Part shown: positions 53,715 to 64,000 of the stretch, piece by piece
Layout: every line of letters begins with the position of its first letter
How positions within the stretch are numbered: the stretch's first letter is position 1
NCBI GenBank assembly: GCA_905178155.1
Contig: CAJINV010000001.1
Coordinates: 8,949,865-9,013,864 of the forward strand
Source: Amoebophrya sp. A120
Taxonomy: Eukaryota; Protista; Dinoflagellata
Length of the DNA: 64,000 nucleotides
Direction: 5' to 3'
Position numbers and translations under genes: made by a program
The notes under the pieces: model-generated
The model's database searches: none
The model's input: the letters and a program-made list of their open reading frames with translations, nothing else
Told to the model about the DNA's origin: nothing

Positions 53715-56700
53715 CTATTTTTTCCTCCTAGCCTGCAGCTGGCCGATTCGGAACCAAATCTGTTTCCAGGCCTTTTCCGCATTGTCCTTGCCGTGCCTCG
53801 AGTACTGATCATTGGGGTCGATGTTTCTCCATTGCAGCGCGTGAAGCCAGTTCGTGACCTCTTTTTCGCTAGCGAACTTGCGCCATGGCAGCACCGAGTC
53901 AATGCCGTGGGCCAGCCAATCTCGGTACTGCTGGTCCATCTGATATTCCTGGGCCCCGAACCGCAGCTCCGTCAGAAAAGTCGGCCACGCGTCCCGTATG
54001 CGCTCGCTGTTGTTGATGACCGCGCACCGCAGCATGGACAGAATGACCTGCTGCCCGTAGCACTGCAGAAGAAATTGTCCGGGCAGCATCGCGGGACCGG
54101 GAGGCTGCGGCGAACCCGGGTGGTTCATCAACATGGGATTCAGCGGACCGCTGGTGGTCACCTGAAAATTCTTCTCCCGGAGCATATTCTCGAGAAACCC
54201 GAGCTGCGACTCCAACGCATTGTGGTACGTAACCTGAAAAGAGGTGGTCAGTGGTCTGGTCAAATTCTTTATCGAGTGTATTCATGCTCCGTTTCAGTAG
54301 TTACAATGAGAATATAGTACTTTCTTGTAACTGACAATAAAGTGTAGTGCGATCGTCATGCTAATGTGGAATCGAAGAGCAGCAATTGTTCATGACTTCA
54401 ATCCATCTTGATCATACATAGTACCAGCAAGCACTTCGGTAGCAGGTCTAGTGACGGCTTGAGCGTTTCGCTGTTGTACACCACCGCTGGCGCGCATTTC
54501 GCGTACCTTCCGTACATGCCGTAGAAGTCTTCTATGAGTTCCGCGTTCAGATCGTCGTCGCGCATGGCCATCAACGCGGGCAGGGCGGCTTTGCCCATGC
54601 GCTCGAACAGCTGCGCCAGGGCGGGCAACACTTCCGGGTCGTTTCCGTACTCCGAAACCACGTACTCGGAGGCGTACAGCCAGGAGCTCAGCAGCTTCTT
54701 TTCGAAGCAAACCGTGATGGTCTCGATGTACGTGGGCAGCACCTGCTTGAAGACCCGGGGCATCTTTCGGAGCGCGTGCTTCTGGAATCGCGTGATCTTT
54801 TCGATCAAATCCTCCTCCGTCGGGTGGTTGTGGCAGATGCGGTTCACGGTTGGATACAAGGTCGTCAAAAACGCGCCCCCCAACGCCTCGGCGAAGCCGG
54901 GCATCGCGTGCATGCGCTCCATGTCCGTGTGGTCCATGAGCATGACCAATCGGTCCACGATCTCGCCGAGTTGCGGGGGCGTGACGTTCTCGTGCCGAAG
55001 ACCGTTCACCAGCGGTACTATCATCTTTTCCAGCGCCTCGCGAAACGTGTGCAGGTCCTCGAGCTCCATGAGCACTTCGGTGAGCCCGCGGGTCACCTCC
55101 AGGTGGATTTTCAGGGGGAGCAGCTCCAGCGAATTGCCGTACACCGAAAGGAGCTGCGGGAGGTATTTGACCAAATTCGATCGGTGGCGGTTACATATTC
55201 GGGAAAAGGCGTACCCGGCAGCCCGCTGCTTGTCCTTGGACTTCTTCGCGCCGTCGGCGAGCAGGACCTGGCAAACACAATTCAGGTTCGCCTGCATCAA
55301 CTCCTCGCTTACGTCCCCGAGATTGCCGGCCATGGTGTCAATCAAGCCGAGGGCGGAGTGCTGGCAAAATTCCAGGTAGTACCTGTCGGGGTTTTTTCAA
55401 TCCGTGGTTGCGTAGAGATGAGGAAAAAAATTACTTATCATTATCGCGGATGTACTTATCCCACTATAAGACTTTACCGTGGTGCCAGGATGATAGTGAT
55501 GGCCGTCAACTACCCGCATGATGCACAATGATTCTTATGCTACATTAACAGGAGACAAAGCCAACTCATAGTGACTGCAACCGTTATGCTGGATATTACC
55601 TGTTGTCGGTTTGCGCGGGTTCGCTTTGGATGAGGTTCGGCAGAAAGGTGAGCAACTCTATCATCGCGGGGTAGGCGGAGTGCTCCGGGTCGATGTGGAA
55701 GCACATCGCGACCACTTGAAGCAGGAAGAAGTGGGCCTCCAGCTTCAGATGTACCTGATCTCTTGACGCACCATTGGGCGCCGTGCTCGACGAGGACCCG
55801 CCGCCGCCGGACACGCCGGCCGGGGCCAGCCGTGCGCTTTCCTGCTTCAGACTCTGGACGAGGAGCTGGAAGACTTCGCCGCGCCGCACCAGTTCGTATT
55901 CGGTGATCGTGCTGCCGAGCGACCTATCAAATGTAAAAATGTCTGGGTCTGGAAGATTGCGAGATTTGTCATGCAAATTTTCCATGACCAATGAGGTCTG
56001 GAATGCGGCGCCGAGCATGACAGAGTCTGTGAGGTCTCTGCCATGCCTATCCCGCATGAGAAACTACCTCCCAAGTTGGTCGAAAGTGGACAGCTTTTGG
56101 CACTCATGCAACACAGATTTTTGCATTTTACTCGGATTTAGCATGACAAGTTTTAATCTTCCAGACCCAGACATTTTTGCATTTGATACGACCGTACGCC
56201 TTCCCACCGGAACCGCTCCCAATCCTCGTCCGCGTCCTCGAAGGGATTCTTGATGTCTTGGTGGGGCACGATGCTCACCTGATGTCGTCGCATTGATTTC
56301 TCTTAGAAGTGGACTTGCTGAAGAAGCACTCCACGAGGAAGCAAACAAACTATAGCATCTAAAAGTAAAAAGAAAAACGTCGTGCCGAAAGACAAATGCA
56401 TCAGTATGAATTTCTTTCAAAACCAACCCTTTCTACCTCGAGCAAGACGCCGAACAGGTGCTTGTAGAGCTTTTCCGTCTGCTCAATTGTGGATGCGCTT
56501 TGCGGCGGCTGCATCTCGTAACTGTTAGAGGTCGCCCCTGCGAACGTGTCCGTCAGGGTGAGCCAAAAGTCCACGACGATGTTTGCCAGGTGCGGGACCG
56601 GGACCTTCAGGCACAGCACCAGCAGCTCCAGAAACTGGTTGTACTGGGCGGGGTTTCGGGCGATTACCTGCACCAAAGCCTCGCCCGCCGTCGCAATGAC

Positions 56701-57989
56701 GCGGATGAACCGGCGGAGCACGTCATCCTGGTCGCCGATACTGGGGTCGCTGGCGCTGAGCGCCGCTTCGAACTGCGGCCGCAGGTTGAGCACCGAGCTC
56801 ATAATGGGTGCCACACACGCCGCCTCCCGGCTACCTTCCTGCGCCAGCGCCTGCTGCAGATCCTTTTCCCGAAATAGGTCGAGCCCCTCGACGATGACGT
56901 CGCTAGCAACCGACCCGAGCTCGGGGTCGCCGAGGTAGGAAAAACAGGGCACCAAAAGGCTATTGCTGCCGGAAAACAGGTCCGCAGGGTCGTCGCTAAA
57001 TTTGGTCCACGCGGAGAAACACTCGAGCACTTTCACCTTGGCTGCGGTGGTCGGCATCCTGTTTTTGAAGTCAATTATACCCGTGTTGTTGACAAAATAA
57101 TGAATGTATGTTCTTTCGCCCCGGCGTGTAAGTATGTGTACAAGGAAAGTGCTGTGAATCTGGAACCAAAACAGCAGCTGAAAAAAACAGAGGTGAAGAG
57201 TACTCTATCGTCTGCAGGAACTGAAAGACTTGAGGCATGCTTTCGTGTAGCCTCCTCCTGTTTCTCTTTCTTTTCTCCGAATCCGTCAGAAGTCGCTTGT
57301 TCTTGTTTTCTTCCGGCATGAAGCGCAGCAAGTCCAGCAGAATGACATAGTTCGCTGTCTGCGCGCCTAGATCTCGAAACAGTGACTGAATCAAATCCGG
57401 CCAAAATTCGTCCATGTGAATCGCCAGACCGCACAGCGCGAGGCACAGTTGCGTCAGGGCGCTTCCAAAGGGCGCTCGATCCCGCAATCGCGCCATGCTC
57501 TGGAAGAGCGCGGTGCGAAGATATGTCATCTGCTCCTGGGTCGACAAGTCGTTGACGTCGTACAAGATTTTGGTCCGGAGCGTCTGTGCTGCAAAAGATC
57601 TGGTTTTTTTGTTTCGACAAATCAATTTTCATCTTGTTCAGAAACCGTTTTCATTCTGAATGCAGCCTGTTGTAGCGATATCAACATGGTCGACTGGACT
57701 AGAGTGTGTTGATTGAACATGAACTTGCACAAGAAAATCAAAAATCATAACTTTAACTTACGAAACATATACTATTCTTATACACTGTCGCCACATTTGT
57801 CGGCGCCGTGTCGTCGAGGTTTGCTCGAGACAATATTTCGCTCGCCGTGGCCCAGGCCGATTCGGCGCATTGCCACTCCGTGAGGAAAGTGTTTGCCTCC
57901 TTGATCTTATTCGCATCCTTGTCTCCGCCATACAGTGCAGCGCAGGCGTTGACGACATTTCGCATGTCCTGTTCGTTCATACCCGACAT
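53715..57989 (-). CDS. TNPO3: transportin-SR / transportin-3 (MTR10-like importin-beta family), multi-exon
   Basis: ALYGG...EANTFLTEWQCAESAW, FAAQTLRTKILYD, LTQLCLALCGLAI, LLRFMPEE, VLECFSAW, DFWLTL, LSSWLYASEYVVSEYG and ELIEDFY blocks. Mostly GT-AG introns plus one family A element. Confidence 0.88.
55925..56188. mobile_element. introner family A, 264 bp, TSD CGACC, inside a transportin-SR exon; inverted relative to the copy at 5464
   Basis: Near-perfect TIR extending to about 50 bp. CGACC at 55920-55924 and 56189-56193. Removal restores WEGVRS-LGSTITE. Confidence 0.94.
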
Positions 57990-58930
57990 GAGGCAGCAGC
58001 GGCAGCCGGGGGATGCTGTCTAATACTCCCTCGCGTTTGAAGATCTTCTCTGACACCGCCAGACAGCATCAGCGCAAAAGCAGGCGCCGATGCGCAGCTG
58101 GTTTAAATGTGTCGTGGCTTCTCCTAGCTGGGACGACTGTACCGTGTGATATTACGATGCTTCTCGTTCTAAATACTAGGTCGGGTAGCTAGTAAAAAGT
58201 TGCAAAAAGGAGCCGCATTTACGAAGAGGAAGAGTTCAACAGGAATTATAGCGACAGGCGTTCTTTATGGTGCTTTGTCTGGGAAAATATTTCTGAGTAT
58301 GGTCGCCTGGAGGTGGGAATCGATTTCCGGAAAAAAAGACTTGTGTTTAAAGTATTTTCTAAACGTGACGAGCACCACTCCCACAGTCTCTGCCGTGGCG
58401 TTCCAACTGTGGGACCCGTGTTTGGATCTGAGCGCTTTTGTTCGGATTGTTTCTTGTATCTTTTGAGTGATCAAGTTAAGCCAGATCAAGTATGCATGGG
58501 GACTTGCGGTTGCGAGGAAAAAAACAATCGCGAAAAATGCATGCTCCTGCGACATGCCGGATCCACATCAGCAAAAGAAACTTTCGGGGAATAGATATAG
58601 ATCGTGACGTCCTGCCCTGTATGCATGATGTGTCAAAATACAAGATCCTTGTCGAGCTCACAAGATCCGTTTTTTCTGCTGCTACCGTAGATCGACGACG
58701 TTTGTCAGGTTATTCTACATCTTCTACTCTGTGCAACTACTTGTACTTCAGGAAATTGCTAAAAATTGCCCTCGAATGGAGGGAACTCTTAGACTGAACT
58801 CGGTGACGCTTCTTCGAAAGTTATGGGTCTTCCATCCGAGCTGTCGCAAAAGCAGCCGCTTGGCGCTTTTGCGGTTCCTCTTGATCTTTTCCAACATACG
58901 TTGCTGCTATTGCTTTTTTCTGGCTCTTTT

Positions 58931-59470
58931 TCATTCATCAGCAACGCCTTTGCCTTTTCGCTTGTAGAATTCCTCTCCCATTGCAGTGTTTCTCGTCGTT
59001 GCTCTTTCGGCCTGATTTCTACTGCCTCCAGTGTCCGAAGCGATACCACTAGACTGCGCCCCTCGGTCACCATCATTTACCCATGGTGTTTCTTCCGGTT
59101 CTACATTGTTGCTATTCATCAGTTCCATATCAGCTCCCGTGCTACTATCCTTTGCGCCTGCGCTATTGCTTGCCCCTGAAGAAGGCCTGGGGAACCACCA
59201 GAATAGGTAGCGGCTCCATAGTTGCGTGTGCTTGACAAGCACCGCAACACCCCAGTGACCGACAACAAACAAGGCCAGCACTACTCCGTAGAGCAGAACT
59301 CGAATCACTGTGTACAAGTTCCACCCAAACGATCTGTCGATATGCTCCTGCTGCTGCTTCCTTGTTTTCCCTTTCGTCTTGGCCCCCCCACCCGGTTTCT
59401 TCGGCGCCGTAGCAGTAGCTTTCTTCGGCAAGGTTTTCGACGACGAAGCGGAAGCGCTGGCTGTCTTCAT
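58931..59470 (-). CDS. small hypothetical membrane protein
   Basis: 179-aa ORF with a basic N-terminus and a TM segment (VIRVLLYGVVLALFVVGHWGVAVLV). Confidence 0.6.
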   Translation of the reverse strand: MKTASASASSSKTLPKKATATAPKKPGGGAKTKGKTRKQQQEHIDRSFGWNLYTVIRVLLYGVVLALFVVGHWGVAVLVKHTQLWSRYLFWWFPRPSSGASNSAGAKDSSTGADMELMNSNNVEPEETPWVNDGDRGAQSSGIASDTGGSRNQAERATTRNTAMGEEFYKRKGKGVADE

Positions 59471-61077
59471 GATTTAACCGAAACAAGAAAACCGAAACCA
59501 AAAGTTAAACCAGGATACCGATACACACACACCCATCAAGAGTCTCAAAAATAACAACACGATAGTCAAAAAGCGCCATCACAAGTAGCTGAACGCACTC
59601 TCATCTCATCAGAAAAATGAAAAACAATGCAGGCGAGATGGATATTTCTTTGCGCTCCCACAGGGCTTTCGATGATCCAAACTGCAGTGACAAACTGGAT
59701 GTGCACATTGAACTGCTCTTTCATACGAGAAAACACGACGCCCGATGCACCGGCGAAAAAGAATCTAGGCACTGCGGCAGTGCTATGGCTGTTCGCATTG
59801 TATGCAATTTCGGATAAGAAGAGAAGGGTCAGCGGGGATTTTTAGCAATTTCGCTGCATCCAGTTTGCGTTTGAGTTTATTGAGAGGATTAGGATTACAA
59901 CTACTTCGCACAGAATGGGATGCTTTCCGTGCAAAGGCTTCATGCTCCACTTTTATCACTCCACGACGAGGCAAGTCAATCACTATCAACCTCACAGGCG
60001 GGATACGCCAGAGGGCCGTAGCATGCCACGTGGTTCTTCACGGAATGTGGTTCCACAGTATGGTGGTGCTTGTGCTACACAGTCTCTTAGAAAACAAATT
60101 TGACGAGATCTTCGAGCTCACAGGTTTTCATGTTGAATTAAAATGACAGACAAAAAGAAGTAAAGCTACATTTTTTCAAGCACAACATGTGTTCGCCTTC
60201 TGCGCTATGGTCGGGTGTTTACGAGCTTTGGAGGCTCGTCGGGACGATTGGTGAGTAGATAGCTTGTGCAGCATTGCTTCGAAAATGAAATGCGCTCAGT
60301 GTCAGTTCGCAGCGGAAAAGGGTCCGGCATTTCATACTTTGATGCACACTAGCCATTTGCAAGTTCCTGCGTTCGCTGCGCCAGGGCTAGGCTCAGGTGC
60401 AAATGCAATAGCAACGACTGCATTAGCTCTAACACCAGATGAGAGTTGTTGCGGGATGAGATTGGGTTTTTATAATTCGAAGAAAAATTTAGTAAAAATG
60501 ACGTGACGGCTCACGCTCAGTTCATATGAAAATTGTGCGACTTCTTGGTAAAGATTAGGTGGAAGGGGAAGCACGACTTTGCGTACAGGCTTTAGACGCA
60601 CGACCGGGGGATACCGGTGCCGTGGCCGTCGACCTCTGTATTCTCGACTGGGCTGTTCTTATCACTCACAACGGAGGTGCTTTTTACTGAAATTGTTTTC
60701 TCCTACGTTTTTTTTTACCTACTTTGTCCAGGGGTCAAAAACGCCCTGAACTGACAAAACACTTCTGTATTCTCGAAAAAAGGTGAAAAGAGCATAATTG
60801 TGTTTAATTTTTGGTGGAACCACGGAAAATTTGTAAAAACGTGTATGTGTGAAAGTAGAACATGCTTATGTATGAAATGCAAATGGAAAAATTGAAATGT
60901 GCGAAAAAAACTTTCTGTCAGAGCAGGCCAGACTTTGGACCCGCTGCATTGATAGAACTGCTAGATGTGAAAGGTGAGTTTTGTATATATAAAAAGTTGA
61001 ATGAAAGGAAAAAGTTGAAAATTGAGGACATGACATCTTCTCATTTTTTTACCGCTCGACAATTTCGAGTGGATTAA

Positions 61078-63498
61078 TTACAGAAAGTGTTTTTTCTCGT
61101 AGGATCGCATTTTGTTCCAGATGGCGCACGTAGTTGCCGTGATGGAAAAGATGATCAGCCCAAACATGTACATGAGAGACGAGCTGCCCGTCTTGATTTT
61201 CTCCAAACTTTCGTGGAATTTTTCCACGCTCTTGGCCGTGCTGGGATTGTCCATCGAGGCCATGGCGCTCAGTGCTTTCGTTCGCGCACTCTCGACCTGT
61301 TGTATTGGAAAGATTTGTGTTCACACCAGAAGGTCGCTTGTTTCTCGCACAGCATGCGCGTCGAGAAGACAATATGCGAAGCACTAGGATCAAGACAGCG
61401 GAACAACAACAAGCCAATCAACTACGAAGTCATAATAAATCCAAAAACAAACTCAGTCGACATCTCAATGTCTAGTAGGCGCAAAAGATCGCAGAAAGCC
61501 ATTCTTTACCTGATTCTCATGGTCGCGCGACGAGTGCGACAGGAGCGTCTTGAGTCCTCGCATGTGAGATTTCAGATCGTGGATTGATGTGCCCTTCTCG
61601 TGGCCCAACACGACCCGGACCTCGTTCCGGAACTGCTTCACGGTAGCTTCGAGATTCGTCGTGCGGTCTCCCAGCTCACCCAAGGATTGCAGCAGCTTCT
61701 GATCCTTGTGGCCCTCGGCAAAGCTGTCGCAGTGGAGAAGGTTTAAGTATATCTAACGAATGTTTGTCATCGATATTCATTTGTAGTCGGGTAGATGCGC
61801 TAGAAAGTCAGTGAAAAAGAAATCTCATGGTCGAGAATCCGAACCCGAAAAAAAAAAGGTCAAGGTTTCAATAACTACTTTTCGAGGAGTCTTTCCAGTC
61901 GGTCGATAGCCTGCGTTTGGTCGGTTTGGTTGGCGTAGTTAAAGGAGTCGGCTTCCAGCTCTTTCAAGTCGACGCCCAGGCTTCTCGTGTTGCCAATGTG
62001 ATGCTCGTCGTGGTTGGTACTGTTGTGCAAGTTGAGGTCACAACATCGTGTACGTAAGGTTCAAAACTGTACTACAACCGGACGTCGAGAAACAAAAATT
62101 ACAAATCGCGATTGCCATTATCCACTCTCAGTGCGAAAAAGCATTCCAATAGGGTGAATACGAATGTGAGAGAACGAAAAACAAAGCATGACTGTAGGTA
62201 GCTAGCGCATTCCGAAAAAAAAAATTCTACGCTTTGATCCCGAGCAGCCCGACCGTCGCCGGCTCGACTTTTTCCTCTCCGGGTTCGCCCTTGCCGGAGT
62301 AGGAGGTGAAGCCCAAGTAGCCGCTGCCGTTGGTGATCCCCCCGGTGGAGACTTCGCAGACGTTGTGCCACTTTTCGCCGATCTTTACCTTGGCTTCCAC
62401 CTTGTTGCCCGGGGTCCTGGAAATCGCCAAAGTGATGTCCTTGTTATCGTACCGGAGGAATTTGGCGCTGCCGAGCTGTGTGCGGATCCCCTTCATGCTG
62501 TCCTCCACGCAATGGACCTGCGTCATGTGGTCCTTCTCGCTAAAAACCACACCAAACCCGTTCATCTTCTCCTGGTACCTGTTTTTTATTGCGTTTTCAC
62601 CCATCGTTTTGCAGTTCTTTCGAATCATCGAACCACAGCTCTTCGCCGATCATCAGATCATGAATGGCAACTAATGCTTCTACTTTTTCCTCCACATGTA
62701 GATACATTCAATATCGAACATCAAAACCTCCCTGCGCTGAGATAAGTAAGTATCACGACATCTTCGAGAAACTACAAACTATCATCCGGTGTACCCGTAG
62801 AATGTGAGCCCGTTTTTCTTGAGCAAGGCGTCAAAGTCGTTCTCCTTGTTTTCCGGCTTGTATTCGCTGTAGAACTTCGTGGAATCGAACCAGGTGGCGA
62901 AGTCTTCCGCCGAGTACCACATCGCGAAACCCTGTCCCCGCATCATCTCGCCCTCGATTTTGAAGTCCACCGAGACCTCAAAGTCCCGGCTGTCCACCGC
63001 CTCCCGAGCAAAAAGCTGCCCGAACCGATCCTGCACGCCGGGCGTCAGCAGCAAGTGATGCGGAAGGGTCGGAAGAGAGGCGCCATTGATGAACCTGTTT
63101 TGTGGATCAGGAAAGAATCATGCAATGAATATAAGTATTCATGCGATGAATTATACCGCTTCTGCGTCTATTCTCACGCAAACATGAGAAGAAAGACGAT
63201 AGTACTGTACTGTAGCGGCAGATTGAACAACGTCGTGATTTTTATACCTCATGCATCATGATCATGATCTCTTGATTATGCAATCGAGGTGGCGAATTTC
63301 TTCGTCTTTTATCAAGCAACAAACAAAGCATATTTTATACCAATCCAGGTCTTTTCCAATGCGGTCCAGTGCGATTGTGTTTTGAAAGGAATGCCTACTC
63401 ATCTCGATGGACATCCGGTTCTTCTCCGCATTCCGGTTGCCTTGGACCAACGTCGGCAATGCCATCGCGGCCCCAGCAAGGACGCTCTGCCACGTCAT
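61078..63498 (-). CDS. LMAN1: ERGIC-53/VIP36-like L-type lectin cargo receptor, multi-exon
   Basis: Signal peptide, RHSF, LLTPGVQDRFGQLF, FEVSVDFKIEG...GFAMWY, NGFGVVF, GYLGFTSYSG, a coiled coil, a TM helix and a C-terminal KKHFL dilysine-type signal. The introns checked are GT-AG. Confidence 0.87.
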
Positions 63499-64000
63499 CC
63501 TGCAAAAGCTTTCGGATAGATGATTCGTGCGGCGGTGATGAGTTTGGAGACTTCTCGTCCAAAATTATTCTACTGTCGTCACAGATGCAGCTCGCCTTCC
63601 TTGAGCGTCTTTTATAGAGAAGAATCTCCGAAGAGATGACAGGAACGGTGTTCTATTGCAAGCGTGAAGTGAAATAAATCCTCTTCTAGACGAAACAGTC
63701 CGAGAAGAATCTCGAAAAATGAGCGTTTTTACCAGCACAACTTGAATCGTCTTCTATCTTCTTTCCACTGCTCTTGCGAAGAAGTAAAAGTAGATCAATC
63801 TTCTTGCGCTTTCGCTACAATTTTCAAAAAGTTGTTGAACTAGACCGTTGAATCGTTGTGAAAAGCGAAGCTGACTTACTTAAGAGTGTGTTGAACTCAA
63901 AATCGCTTTCTTAAATTGTAAGTTGCACGCGTCCTCAAAGGGGTACTTTCTCGGACAAGATGCTCCTGTGTTGTCGAGAAAAAAAAACCATCAGGATGAT

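Noticed and set aside
9646-63498. Stop-codon reassignment, as reported for one Amoebophrya strain
   Set aside because: Multi-kb ORFs have no in-frame stops and end at TGA/TAA/TAG right after conserved domains. The internal stops examined are explained by introns or elements.
1-64000. Most short plus-strand ORFs; also CRISPR arrays, tRNA, rRNA or snRNA genes, and an autonomous transposase
   Set aside because: The plus-strand ORFs are mostly antisense shadows of GC-rich minus-strand exons. I saw no repeat-spacer array, RNA-gene signature or DDE/recombinase ORF.

Overview
This is eukaryotic nuclear DNA, most likely from an Amoebophrya-like syndinian dinoflagellate or another alveolate. That assignment is inferred from the near-unidirectional gene array, the long low-complexity ORFs, and the mix of short GT-AG introns with inverted-repeat non-canonical introns. 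The standard genetic code fits. Every gene I can assign lies on the minus strand: an OST3/OST6 oligosaccharyltransferase subunit, two STE11/MEKK-like MAP3Ks, a MYCBPAP protein apparently fused to a degenerate phosphoglycerate-kinase fold, a mu-class GST, a Sec14/CRAL-TRIO protein, a tandem-GFA protein, a membrane-anchored SGNH/SASA pseudo-esterase, transportin-SR, an ERGIC-53-like lectin, and several hypothetical proteins. The most striking structure is a set of eight terminal-inverted-repeat (TIR) elements from about four families sitting inside coding exons. Seven are 214-290 bp with TA...TA ends and 5-bp target-site duplications (TSDs); one is 879 bp with an 8-bp TSD. In every case, removing the element plus one TSD restores the protein, so they behave as introner elements. 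They occur in both orientations and all offer a GT/GC donor at the TSD/TIR junction, but only one offers an AG acceptor. A ninth, aberrant insertion carries a 48-bp host duplication and a junction hairpin. All exon joins were read by hand and need RNA-seq confirmation.
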